Made by a program: the position numbers and the translations under genes. The notes under the pieces are model-generated. The model saw only the letters and a list, made by a program, of their open reading frames with translations, was not told where the DNA came from and ran no database searches. Below are positions 1 through 12,650 of a DNA stretch of 64,000 bases, one piece after another (position 1 is the first letter of the stretch; each line of letters starts with the position of its first letter). Source of the stretch: Oopsacas minuta (Eukaryota; Animalia; Porifera); NCBI GenBank assembly GCA_024704765.1, contig JAKMXF010000099.1, forward strand, positions 124,001-188,000, given 5' to 3'.

Positions 1-289
1 AAACCATTTCTTGAGATAATTAGTCGCTACTTTCAATGATTATCCTGCTCCATTCTTTGAATCATAATCTTTCAATTCTTTATCTTTGGCTTTAGCTATG
101 GTCTTTTCTTCAGGATATTATACTTTCACCCTGAATTTCTATTATGTCAAAATATGTGTTTTCTGGAAGAACATGTCATTTACTTTGTTTACCTGGTGAC
201 CGGTCGGCCCTATATTTTCGTGGGACAAGCTAATCCGCCCATCAGAAATAGAACTAATATTGTTGTTATCCAAAATCTGGCCCTGTATC

Positions 290-1090
290 TGTATTTGCAT
301 CAATATGGAGTATAGCTACTCTACATAGCCTGAAATAGTGTGTATTTAGTAGAAGGTAGTATTATATACATATACGATTTCTGAGTTATTAATATCCCAT
401 GAAGCTTTTATATTTTGAGTAAATTGTCAATAGAAATTTTCATTATTTGATTTAATCTCTTATCTAAACAATTGGCTTGTGGGTGGTAAGCTGTAGTTAA
501 CCTATCCTCCATCCTCATTTGATTCTCAAATTCTTTATTCACTTTGTTGTTAAATTCTCTTCCTTGGTCTATTGTTACCATTATAGGTTACCTCAGTATT
601 AAGAATATCTGTGAATTGAATGTGAATAAATATTCTTGAATAATAGCATAAATATGATGAAAATTACTTGTTTTAAGTATGAGACCCTATTGATTCTTTT
701 GTAGGAAAGGCCTTGGTCTGTCCATATTTTGTGAAATAGTATGCCATCGTTAGTATGAAACAGTTGCCCTTTCCTGTAGTTGGAATAGTTTCCCAACAAA
801 CCTATGCCAGCATGAAATATCAGCGATTTACAGAAATGGGAATATCTATCTAGAGTGGGCTTGGAGTTCACACTTTTGAACAAATAACAGCCGTCTACCC
901 AAGGTTGTTATACATATAGTAGATTAAATATAATGATAACTCATATAAGTATTTACATACCTTCTCTTTTTTGCTGAATTATTCCTTTCTGGTTGCAATT
1001 TCTCAGAACAGAAATTTTCCTGTCTTTTCTTTCCAAAGGGGCCAGGAATAATATCATTATAGCAAGCATCTAATATTTTCTTCTAATATT
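290..1090 (-). pseudogene. Degenerate Gypsy-type (rve) integrase, probably from a Ginger-like DNA transposon; contains a putative 59-nt GT-AG intron (609-667)
   Basis: Minus-strand translation across frameshifts and stops gives FHAGIGLLG..IPTTGKGNCFILTMAYYFTKY..AFPTKE and then VTIDQGREFNNKV..RLTTAYHPQANCLDKRLNQ, matching integrase core motifs. The two blocks are separated by GTAATT...CACAG. No RT or RNase H upstream was recognised. Boundaries approximate. Confidence 0.7.
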
Positions 1091-4000
1091 CAGTTGTTAT
1101 AAGTTTATCATTCTATTATTCCTTTGCACATATACTAGGCTCTCATCTAAGATCATTTTGGAAGCACGAAGCCTTGTTGATCTTTTATATCAGTATTTGA
1201 GGGTATGACTTTGTTTGGAGATAATCAATAGCAAAATCCAAAAGGGCAATTAATTTCTCCTAGTGATCAGTCTTATCCAACAGGAAAAGACATTGAATGT
1301 AATATAAATAATATTGTTGATAAGCTTAAGGTTTGAAGATAATATACCTACTATCAATTTCGGATGTAAATAATCAGTTATAAGCCTAGAGGAGCGTGTG
1401 GAATTCCTAGATAACTCCTTGGTTATCTTTCGGCAAGAAGGGTTTTGACAAGATTGCCTTTTGGTAAGATCAGTTGCTTATCTCGGAAGGTGATTTGGGT
1501 GTTCAACCATACCTCATCTTGACACTTGTTCCTAGAGGAGGAATTTTGTTGACTTGATTTAATTCATCGATTTATCTCTTAATTATCGCCTGCCCAGAGC
1601 GAGTAATGTAATTTACACTGCTTTTCACTATTCATCGAATTGGTACTCTAAGTCAGCCATTCGACATGCCTTTGAACATTATTTGTACTCTGCAGGTTTC
1701 ATGTTACCAGCTGTTTGGCAGAAAAATCTTCCACTTCTTTAAATATTAAAAGCCTCCTTGACCCCACCAAACACTGCAACAAATTTCCATGGTATATGTC
1801 ACCTTTCATTGCACCAAAAAATTGTTTCCAAATTTGTTGCACAATGTATGATAAGAATTTCATGCAACAATGTTGCCAGAAACCTTTTGCATGGAAATAG
1901 GAACATGTTCTATTTCCTGCAACAATATATCATGAAAATTTATCTTATTCATGCAACATTGCTGCACCCCAAAAAGTGAGTAAGTATCAGCAGAATATAC
2001 TTTGTGTTTACAAAAAATTATTAATTACCCTGCCTGTTCAAAGAGAAAGTACCAAATCAGTATACAAAAGACCTGATTTTGGGCAAAAAATCTTATTATT
2101 GTATATGGTGGGACGAAAATACCCTAGCATCTTATTGACCCAACTGACAATATTATGGATATGAAGTTTGAACCAAACATCACTTGTAAATAAGACTCCA
2201 AACACATTTAGACTCCACCCTTATTAATATATGAGTTCTAGTAGTGTAATCAAAGTGACTACGACTATGTTTCCTTGTCATTGTTGTAAAACTGCACTTC
2301 TGTTTATTGAAAAATAGCTTTCGTGTTTCACTCCACTCTGTCGATTCCTTCGGCTATTTAGTGAAAGGTTTAAATATATGTTTATATATTTGAAATATTT
2401 CTTCATAAATACACCTTTCTGATATCTTTGAAAGAGACTAAGTATATACATATGACTTTGTTTGACACATTGTCATTGTTACCATTTTTGAAGATTGCTA
2501 CTATATTTGCGCATTTCCTCCGGCTCCCTTAGGGCTTTGAAGGACATATTGATCAAACCTGCTAGCGAAGGAGTAATTTAATGTGTATATTCTTTCAGGA
2601 GCCTCTCAGACTAATCATCTGGGCTACTCGCTTTCTTAGTATCAAATTCTTTCAATAACTTAGGTGGGTAAAGTAAATTGTTCCCTCTGGTTTGATTTCA
2701 CCTACAGAATAATTTGTTAAACAATTCGATATTTTCATTATTACTAAATTTTCAGTATATTTCCTTTTTATACAGTAGTTTTTACTTGTAATTCATATGT
2801 AACACGTTTCTTAGTGACTAAAACAAAACATTTAGATTGGTCAATTCAAATGCATATCTATGTTTATCCTATACGAGCGACTTCGCTTGCTTGTACTTCG
2901 TGGCTTGCAAACACTATATTCGCATGTAACTCGGCACTTTGTACCTCGATGTTTTATAAAATCTATTATTTATCCATGGAATTCTGGAATCAGAGTACTT
3001 GATTTCCATGTTATTCCAGTTGAAACAAAGTTTCTGCGAAATTTGTTTTCTGTATATTTTCAGAAAAACAACAATAAATTTACAATTGAAAAACTTGAAA
3101 GTGCGACTTCAGCGTACTATGTTACCCCTTTGTAGCCGTTAAGAGCAAGTTTCTAGGTGTATTTTAAGTTTTCAACTACTTGTTTACTTTATATTCATAA
3201 AATAACAGAATACTCGTATATGAACAACTGGAAAATGCGAAATTCGGATTTAGCGTACTTGATTATCTAATGCAATGTTTACTTCCTTTTTCGTGAAAAA
3301 GAAGGCTATGTTGTTCCCTATATTATATACACAGATCATATTCCCCTATCATTATATTACAAAGTGGACAAACACACTAACACACTATAATTGAGTTTTT
3401 GAATATATATTTTATAATTGGATCTCCCATAGTGTTAGAGTTATTTATTAGATCTATTGCAATTCTGACTTCCGGGCACCCTCCGGTCCGGCCCTGTCCG
3501 GATAATCAAGGTTCAGTGTATCTTCAAATCTCATAATATTTTTCTTTTTGTCGCACTTTTTATACCTTGCGAATTTCTCTACTGTATTCTTTTGGGAATT
3601 GATGTGTTTAGCTTTTCTTTTATGGAATCATGGTTATTTCGCCATCAATCCATTTGGGTGATTTTATCTTAATTTTGGAACCTAGGTGTCCACATCAGAT
3701 GGAAACAAATCCGAAAAAATTTGTTACTCATTGTATATTCATAATTAGAAATGGTATCGCTGTTTGGAGGTGAGGTTGTATCTTTGTCTAAAAGCCCTGT
3801 CGCCCTCAATCATCTTACGGATACAGCGCCCTTTCCGGGCTCCACTGCCACTTTAGAAACACTGCCCTAGAAAGTACAATTAGCGTTAGCTTGTGTAATG
3901 TTAAAACACAAAATTAGGTTCCTGGTTTTTCGGAGAATTCGGTGACGTTCATGGCCGTGTATGAAGTGGGCCATGTAAGAACTTTGTGGCTGAAGCGCAA

Positions 4001-5264
4001 GGTTGCCGTGGGGATGAAGTTTAATTTCCATCACATTCCCACGGATTCTCTATGAGAATTCCCATGCGTTTTCCCACGTGGGAAATCCTCCGCGAATCTT
4101 GTGGGAAAATTGCATTTCCAAGCAATTCCCCATAACTCATTAAAATCTAAGAGTTTTCTGTAATTGACTACTTGTGAACAGTACCATATCTGCCAATCTA
4201 TTTTAGTTATCTTGTACAGTTCCCCCATTTCCCCATTTACATGGGCCAGATCCTTGTTCTCCTGAAAATATTTTCTCCTCGTCCATGAAACCAACATGCG
4301 TTTAAAGTATATAATTTACGCTATACAATATGGATTTATGTGCAACTTCGTGAAAAATCTTCGGTGTTCAAAACAAGATATCTAACCACATGGCTTTTTG
4401 GCTAATTTATACTAAATATAGCTGTAGTTATTATCTAGTTCTACGAAATTGAAAAACAGGCATTTATAGTATTTATGGTTAACAAGTGTACTAAATGCAG
4501 TATAGTGGAATCTGCATACATCTGTATAATCCTAAATACCTTTATAGTCTTTGCGTTTCTATCTAAAATAGCTTCCGACGATACAATTTTTTGATATTGA
4601 AGGTCTAAACTCAACTTTACACAATTATTCGAAAAACTATTATTTGCTATGGAATCAAATATATATATTGAAGCTAATTTGGTTCAGTAATTTCACAGTC
4701 AATCATCACAAGATTCATCACAAGATTCATCAAACACAAATTGAAACTTTGGAGGTGACCAGTTCTGATGGACATTGTTCCAAAACCCATGTCCAAATGT
4801 ATAATCGAAAGATGTTTTCTCAAGAATCTGATGATTGTATAAGTCAAATATTGAAGCTAGCAAAAGAATAAGAACTGTGCTCACTCATACCTTCTTCCTT
4901 GGTCAGAAATTGTCATATACAGAAGAGAGTTATACTCCCTATAAATTTCCGCTACCTATAAACTTGGAAATGATAACATCGCAACAAATGATATACGGGT
5001 CATTCCATTTCATTTTGCTTTAAGAGAAGAAAACCTAATATTAACCACCAATATGCAATACTGCCCTGATGTTAAAGATGGCTGGTGTGAATTCCAAGCA
5101 GCTAAATTTGATAATCGTGCTCAACCACTCCACACAGGTTTCTATCTGCTAGATTAGTTAGTAATGTAAATACCGCATTCGAACAGATTATCTTGTAGCA
5201 TTTATGCTGGAAATACGACTAACCGTAACGACTCATTGCATCACATACAATTGACATGACTTCA

Positions 5265-5560
5265 AATAAAGAATTAGTTGGGATGGGTGTTCTTGAACTT
5301 GGAGCTACGTAAGCAGTCAACCGTTATAACGATGGATATTGAGGAGCATTAGATGTTCTTAAGTTTCAATCCGGAGCCGAGACAAATATGCGTACTGGTG
5401 AGGCAATTCGTCTATTTGATAATAAAAGGATCATATCAAATGGAAGAAGTTGTACTCCATCAGACGGAAAGATCAAGGAAATGCTTATCGCCAACTTTAT
5501 GAAGAAGGTTGATGAACGTGGAACGGGCAATTTATCCAGAAATATTCAGGGGTTCAATCA
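5265..5560 (+). pseudogene. Possible C-terminal relic of a Mutator-like (MULE) transposase
   Basis: Frame with stops reads KELVGMGVLELGAT*AVNRYNDGY*GALDVL..FDNKRI, resembling the 'G....L..G...AV..FN.G......D..RI' C-terminal pattern of invertebrate Mutator-like transposases as recalled; by eye only. Confidence 0.4.
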
Positions 5561-7445
5561 GACGAGTGTGACACCGAACGTTTAGTATTTCAAATGCTCC
5601 AACAAGCACAACTATCTATGAAAAACAATGTGGAAATTGCGAATGTGAATTCAGCTCATTTCAAAAGTATAATTAGTAGAATGATATTTAACTAAACTCT
5701 CAGACCAGCAATCGTCAATGAACCAAAAGATATGAATAATGAAATACTAATAATGCCAAAGCAACATTATTATTGTCAGAATGCTGCATAAGAGTTGTTG
5801 AATCTATTTGTGATAACTAACAGGGAACCTTTGGAGAACTCTTTCGTATAATAAGAACTACTTACCAGATAAGGTACAACAAAATATTGAGCCTAAACTA
5901 TTTGTAAAAGTTTTGTATTGATCGATATTTGATCTATTACTAAGCTTTACAGCTGTTTTGACTTGGTATTATCTTTCCACACACCTAGTTTAACAAAATC
6001 GGTTGAGGTTAGTGAAAAGACTTGATGACTTGATGACTTGACATGGGATTGCCCGTATTTATGTACTTTTTCTTTCTTTCTTTCTATATTTATTGACTTA
6101 TTTAGGTCTTTCTAATCTCCCTAAATATCAGTGAATTCTTCACAATCTCAGAGCAAATTCTATGTCTAGATAGGTAAGGTAGTTGTCTATTTCATTAACT
6201 GCAATATTATTATTATTAATATAAAAATTACTATTATTATTACCATATGAATATTATTATTATTATTATCATTATTAATTTGTGCTTGTGTTACGTTTTA
6301 TGCCAACGGGCTTCATCAGATATCATCGGCTCTAAATTTTTCAGATTAGTAAGCAACTGATCCATTTACATTAACATGATAATATTTCTATTTCATTAGA
6401 ATAATGAAGGATTAATTGTGTTAAAAAGTGCGAAATATCACTGTAGGGTAGTGTCCGGCCCCCGAAATAGGTCATAACGTTCGGGATATTTACAGAGTGT
6501 GGGATAAGCGCACTCCTCCTTCAATATGAAGAAGAGTGCTGAGGGGTCGAAAGTTTAGATTGATTACAACTGCACATGACCAATGAATGCGGCTTTATGA
6601 GTTTGTTGGTATTGATATGATAATACTCATATGTCCTTCAACATTGGAATAAAGAAATCTGAGAGATGAAAATATCAGGATCAAAATAGAATAAAACCAC
6701 TCTAAACAGTGGAGGAATGTATTAACAAACGAGAAACGGCAAAACATAGTGTCAGGGCAAAGGATTACAGGACTGTAGGCAACCATGATGCAGAAAATAA
6801 GAATATTAGCAGGGAAGAAATATGAAAGAGAGTAACATATATCATCTTGAGGGATTGAGAGCGTATTGGCATGGAAGAAATCGGAACAAAGAGCATATGC
6901 ATCATCTGTAGCGATTGTGAGATTATTGTCACGGTAGAAAGATAGACAGAGAGTAATATACATAATCGTATCATTAACTAAGAAGTTATATCATGTTCAA
7001 TGCCCCTCCTCGCTGTGGCGTTGTGCTATATGTGACCGGGGGCCCGTGCCCTGCGAAAAGTCCCGGACTCCCACATCATTTCCAAGGGACCAGAAAAATG
7101 TCAATTTTCTGGGCTAATTCCAATTCAAACATTATTTCTTGCGATGTGCTTTGGTTCTGGACCTTACTGATTGTTTACAGTGCTCATAAACCCACATCCA
7201 GAACTTGTTGTACACTAGTTTGAATTTGTGCCCCCCCCCCCCGATTTCAAAGCCACACAACACTACTGCTTCTACGCCACCGAACTCAAGAAGGCGGGAG
7301 GAAAGTAATTGAACTTCAGCATCCGGCAGAGCGTTCGTCATGCGTTGAATGGTATTTATATTTATGCAATTATGACTATATATCAAGCCACTATTGTTGC
7401 ACTGAATATCCAAGTAATAAGATATGGAAGTTGAATTTAGGGATA

Positions 7446-9402
7446 CAGTGAAACCCCGCGTATTGGGGCACCTTTTGCCAAGCAAAAAGTGCCCCGATAA
7501 GCGGGGTTCTAGGAAAATAGTTGTACACCCTTGTAAATATTACCGATTTAGAACACAAACATCATCATGACACACTCTGAAATATGACTGATAATTACGC
7601 AGAATACTACACATTCTAAGTTCACTAGGAGACTGTTATGCTATCTAAAGACTAGTTTTCTTGAAGAAATCTTCAATGGTGGTTTGCGTCGCCTCCATGT
7701 GGGCCCTTTCCTCGATAATTTGCCTATACCATGCCAGGTTGAAGCCACCTCCCAGCACTTCATCATCTCCACGTCCAGCAGCGTACAGCTCGATTGTCTC
7801 AAGTGCTTGCAGCACCTGTTTGTTGTTAGGAATTTCTGCCACATCATCCTCTGTAGTAATAATCTCGGTAGGTGCAATAGCCTGAATTGAAACTTCTTCC
7901 AGCTGGTCTTTCAATTCAGTCACCACCTTGTCAAACAATTCTTCTGGCTCCACGACGGGGGGGAATATCTCCATCTGTTCCTCCTCAGCAGAGAGCAGAG
8001 TCTCTGCCTCCGTTTCCAGTAGGGGTGTCTGTTGTGGCTCTACTATATCCCCTGCTTTAGAGAAGCCACAGTGGGAGAAGCACTTCACGATAGTTGCCGG
8101 TTTGAGGTCGCGCCAAGCTCTAAAAAGCCACACAATCACTCTTGCTAGATTGATTTCCTTGTACGGGTCTACTTTCCCACATTCATGAGTGAGAGCACTG
8201 AGAATAAAATTGTGCAGCTGCTTCCGATAGAGAAGCTTTACAGTCTGGATGATACCAGCGTCACACGGCTGGGTGCTGCAAGTAGTGTTCTTGGGGAAGA
8301 ACACAACCTTCACAGCCCTGAATTCCATTTGTTCTACAATGTTGTGAACAGTTGCGTTGTCCATAAATAGCAGAACCTTGCGGCCAGCTTGATACATTAG
8401 GCTTTCAAATTCATTAATCCACCAGGAAAAGATGTCTCCGTTCATCCACGAACTTTTCTGTGATTTGTAGGAAATTGACATGTTCTCAAGATCGACACTA
8501 CGAAGGCACCTTGGCCTGGTAGATTTACCGATGATGAGTGGTTTCACTTTTTCACCCATCCAAGAGCAGCATATTAGTAAAGTTAACCGCTCCTTCTGAG
8601 CCTTACCGCCATGACAGGCATCACCGGGCATTACAAGAGAAAGTGATGTAGTCTGTTTGTAGTAAAGCCCCGTTTCATCGCAATTAAAGATGTTTTTCGG
8701 GTCGTATCCTTCTATCAGCTCTGGGATCTGCTCCATCCAGTTCATCACCACTACTTTGTTGGCCGATGCCGCCTCGCCACTAAGGTGCCTTCCATGAATC
8801 CCATGACGTCTCTTTACTCGATCAAGCCAACCTTCAGAAGCAGAGAACCCTTGGATGTTGCAGTTCTCAGCCTCACGGAGGGCAAGAGTGCGCAGCATTG
8901 GACCTGTTACCGGTATTCCATGCTCTTTGGCTCTCTCAAGAAAAAGGACGCATGCATTCTCGATTTCGCAGTACTTTGGCGCTATGTCCACAAGCTTTCT
9001 CCTTTTGAGGTTGTTTGGAATGTTTCCCTGAACATCCTTGAGATTCTCGATCTTGTCACGCTGATCTCTAAGGATTCTCCCGACCTGACCTTTGCTACTT
9101 CCAACCTGCAAGGCGATTTGCCTCTCGGATTTGCCTGCCTTGCTGAGTTCAATTACTTCAGCACGAGTCTCTATTGGGAGTGGATGACGCTTAGCCGCCA
9201 TTGTACGTATATAAATACTAAGTTTTCAGGCACAAATATATGTTCAATAAGGAAACAAACTCTATTCGAGGTGCCCCGATACGCGAATGCCGCCCCGATA
9301 CGCGGGGTTGATTTTAATTGAAGAATAACAAATTTCCATCCTACTGCCCCGATAAGAGGGGTGCCCCGATACGCGCCTGCCCCGATATGCGGGGTTCCAC
9401 TG
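7446..9402 (-). mobile_element. Full-length Tigger/pogo DNA transposon (1957 bp)
   Basis: TA-CAGTGAAACCCCGCGTATTGGGGC at the left end and GCCCCGATATGCGGGGTTCCACTG-TA at the right end (24-bp TIR, 3 mismatches, TA duplication at 7444-45 and 9403-04). Subterminal GCCCCGATA is repeated at 7491, 9273, 9292, 9346, 9363 and 9379. Confidence 0.95.
7645..9201 (-). CDS. Tigger/pogo transposase (CENP-B-like HTH domains + DDE_1), intact 518-aa ORF
   Basis: N-terminal HTH, SEGWLDRVKRRHGI, IFNCDETGL, LLFMDNATVH and QPCDAGII. All three catalytic Asp residues present (32 residues between the last two); no stops or frameshifts. Confidence 0.95.
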   Translation of the reverse strand: MAAKRHPLPIETRAEVIELSKAGKSERQIALQVGSSKGQVGRILRDQRDKIENLKDVQGNIPNNLKRRKLVDIAPKYCEIENACVLFLERAKEHGIPVTGPMLRTLALREAENCNIQGFSASEGWLDRVKRRHGIHGRHLSGEAASANKVVVMNWMEQIPELIEGYDPKNIFNCDETGLYYKQTTSLSLVMPGDACHGGKAQKERLTLLICCSWMGEKVKPLIIGKSTRPRCLRSVDLENMSISYKSQKSSWMNGDIFSWWINEFESLMYQAGRKVLLFMDNATVHNIVEQMEFRAVKVVFFPKNTTCSTQPCDAGIIQTVKLLYRKQLHNFILSALTHECGKVDPYKEINLARVIVWLFRAWRDLKPATIVKCFSHCGFSKAGDIVEPQQTPLLETEAETLLSAEEEQMEIFPPVVEPEELFDKVVTELKDQLEEVSIQAIAPTEIITTEDDVAEIPNNKQVLQALETIELYAAGRGDDEVLGGGFNLAWYRQIIEERAHMEATQTTIEDFFKKTSL

Positions 9403-9829
9403 TATAGCCTTACATTAATGAATGATAAAATACAACCATATTTTGTCTGACATAAAATTTGTAGTAGAAATCTGGTGCATGTGGTTAATTAATATGTTCG
9501 GTTGGAACTTTGGACAATGGAGCATATCCCTAACATATATTTTGCGTTGCCGAATAGGAAATGTCCTAAAATTTAAATTTCAATAATAAAATTGACTTGA
9601 TAAATAGATTATTGATTAAATTGGTCGTTAAAAACTAGATCAAACGAAAAATAGCCTTTCCTAAATTTACTTTTGAAAGAAATTGTTGTACTTCCTACAT
9701 TGATAGTCCTTAATAGTTTGTTAATCACCAGATATTAACTCAAAAATTTGGAATTTCTTACTCAACAAATTAACACTTAACTAGTTTGACTCTTACTTAT
9801 GCTAGAGCAAGCAGAGGGTAGTCCTACAT

Positions 9830-10500
9830 AAAGAAGAGTTGAACCAAAGAATTATAAATACTGGTGTACCACAAGGCTCGATTCTCGGGCACATTTATCC
9901 CTAATTTATCTCAATGAACTACCCCTTCATATCCATGAATCAAATTCGATGCCATGCCCATAACTCAACTATCTAGCATCAGGCAAAACTGTGAACAAAG
10001 TGGACACGGTGCTTCAATCAAACTTTGACAATATATACTTACTGTGTTAATCAAACCGGATGTTAATCAATCCACTTAAATCAAAGTCAATGATTTCTGC
10101 AACTGGTCAAATTTACGCTCGCTTATATTCAAGGCAACTCAAATTATCTATTGAGAGTTTTAATATCAAACCTCCAAACAGTTCCGAGGTTATTCTTGGT
10201 ATAACTTGGACCAACACCTAAACTGGAAACTGGAACAATCTTATTAGAAAATTTATAGAAAACTAAGCGTAGTGTTATCAGTTTTTAGGAGGATCAGATC
10301 AAATCCTCCAGTTTTTGCCAGAGTTAGCTATTGCAATGTATCCTTGTTCCCTACACCGATTACGGAAATTTTTCTGGGGAAATACTGATATCTGTAAGCT
10401 GATCTAACTACAAAAGAGGCCAGCAATGATGGTATATAATATACCCCCTAGAAACCTACTAAAACACGATTTGGACAATTGGGGTGGCATACCCTGACAG
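9830..10500 (+). pseudogene. Decayed non-LTR (CR1/L2-like) reverse transcriptase, 3' part
   Basis: NTGVPQGSILG..LIYLNELP, followed by LINPLKSKSM and ILGITW..LNWK across frameshifts. Boundaries approximate. Confidence 0.7.
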
Positions 10501-10869
10501 AGATAGTGAGTAAAGTACGTTGAAATGTTCTCTAATAGAATCTTGTTTCCATACTGTAGGGCTAATTGTTTTATCGTTAACGACTTTCTCTTTTTGCTGG
10601 TTTTGTCATAGCTTCAGCATATGTTTCAGGTAATCCAGTTTGGATAAGCCTTCTTCAGAAACGCCGCCACCGCGGCTGTGTCCTTGCATATTGCTTCTAT
10701 CCTGGGTGCGATATTCCAGTGGTTTATTAGGTAGGGACAAAATGCCCCCGGTCGGGCCATTCCTTACAAATTTAACTGTTAGTTTTCCTAAGATGTGCCA
10801 TAACTCAGGAGTTTGCTGCAGTATGCTGTTCTCAGCTGTCTGAGGACCACCAAGTATCAAAGCTATCAT

Positions 10870-12650
10870 CAAGAAAGAAATAGACCCACCGTGAGCCAAC
10901 CATCCCTCCAAGAGGTAAACAGAACCAGGATCGACTGCATGAATGAGAAAGAGATGACAAGGAAGAAGCAGGTGAAAGGGATTTCATTCCACTTTGAAGT
11001 AGCATGCTCTGATCCAATGATCATTTTGTGCGGGATTCCCAGTTTTATCAAATAGTGTATGAGTCCTATTCTACATACCATGTAGAATAGGACTCATGCA
11101 CTATTTGATAAAACTCCTTACTAAATCCAGGAGTGCAAGCACAGTTCTTACATAGAGTTTACTTGAAAACCATTATGTAATTGTTGGGACAGTGTGATGG
11201 TTTGGTCTTTAGCAAAGTGAATTACCCTGAATCAGGCTTTGTGTGGGCCTAGTGTATTGTCCTTGTCAAGTATGTGTATTAGTCTAGCGGCAACCATTCT
11301 CTCCATGACCTTTTCCAGACATTATGTTAGGCTGACAGGTCGAGACGATTCGAAATTAATTCGAAATGCCCTTCATCACATAGTTGCTGTTTATGCATGA
11401 TTCCAGCTTGAGTTAATGATCTTCAGGAGTCTGTCTCTACCTACACCTGGGAGGTTGGCGATGAGTCGTACTATTTATCTGGCCCACTAGGCTTGTTAAC
11501 CTTGAGTTACTGATGGCTCTTTCTCTATGCTTGTAAAGCCACTGCTTTCCATTCCGTCTACGTTAGGGATTCGTATTTGATTGGCAGTTCTCTTTGAGCA
11601 GGGCCCTGTCTTCTTTGTACCGTTTCAGTGAGTTGATACTTGCGTAATGTGCTACGAATGCATTTACCTTACTGCTGTCAGTTATTCTCTGTTTGTTGTC
11701 TTGTCACATTATATTTCTGGGTTTTCATTGCCTTTTGAACTCAAGTTTACTACTTAAATGAGTTTCCATGTTTTCATACAGTTGCTTCGCAGGTCCATTT
11801 CTCCAATTTGTTTTCTCCATAATCTATGCTTTGTCTCCATTATGGTGTTGTTTAGATTGATAGACAGGTTTTAATTTAATGAAGGTTATGCTTACCTATT
11901 TCCATAAGTGCTGCTATTGCAGTAGGGCCCTCGATCACAATTACCAAGTTACCAAGCACAAATAGTATAGGTCCAAATTATTATTTACAAAATCCCAAAA
12001 CAGGAAATAACTAAAGGTTTACAGGGGAACGGTTTGAAATAACGATTTTACATCAAGTGAATTCTGTATATACAGTTTTACCCAGACCTTTAAGTGATTG
12101 AAAAGATTCGGCCCGATTAATTTCAAAGAATTTCTGGTTGAATTTGTTCGAACTGAGCTCAAATAGATGCCCACGTGCTGTTTGTCTTGTGCACCATTGA
12201 TATCGGTTTGCGTTCTGGCTCAGCTTGTGTATCGGTTGGGGCTTTGGCTCAAGTTTTACTGGACTGATTCCTTGAGTAATCTACCTTGCCCTATATGTTT
12301 GTTTAGTCTAGTCATTGTGCTAATAGCTTTCGCTCCGTTCTCCTTTGTTCTCCCCTCATCATTCACAGTTACCATTGATTATCTACCAGCCACTCTTCCA
12401 TCTGAACGCCTCTTCTGTGTTTTGCGGTATACCAGTCCCATAGCGTGGAATGACAGTTGAGGTCTCCTGCCAGGATGACGTTGTTTCTATATGTCAGTTT
12501 TTCAATTGGTTTTCCATCATTTTGTTTTCTCTTCTGGAACTCCGTAAGAGGATGTATTCATTGCATAGCTCCAAATTTTTCCTTTTTGATAACGCTAGCT
12601 CTATGCCTAACATCTCTATTATACCCTCTACCATCCTTATCTTTTAATTT
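10870..12650 (-). pseudogene. Decayed non-LTR retrotransposon (I/Nimb/Jockey-like) with AP-endonuclease and RT remnants
   Basis: Minus strand: VILAGDLNCHSTLWD..RGVQMEEWLVDN (endonuclease, about 12380-12500); LIANLPGVGRDRLLKIINSSW; RPVSLT*CLEKVMERMVAARL; LDFSK..MVCRIGLIHYLIKLGIP (RT). Confidence 0.75.
11041..11115. repeat. Near-perfect inverted repeat: 36-bp arms, 3-nt loop, one mismatch
   Basis: 11041-11076 AGTTTTATCAAATAGTGTATGAGTCCTATTCTACAT, loop ACC, 11080-11115 its reverse complement with one T/C difference. Confidence 0.95.

Noticed and set aside
3470-3520. pogo-like right end (CCGGATAATCAAGGTTCAGTGTA)
   Set aside because: Plausible remnant, but it has no partner end and is too short to call.
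6595-6974. 122-aa minus-strand ORF
   Set aside because: No recognisable domain, start context or splice support; left unassigned.
7013-7282. Small hAT-like MITE
   Set aside because: Ends are only loosely similar and the 8-bp flanks differ.
8785-9321. 178-aa plus-strand ORF, and the many other 60-120 aa ORFs overlapping transposases on the opposite strand or in other frames
   Set aside because: Shadow ORFs of transposase coding sequence with no recognisable motifs.
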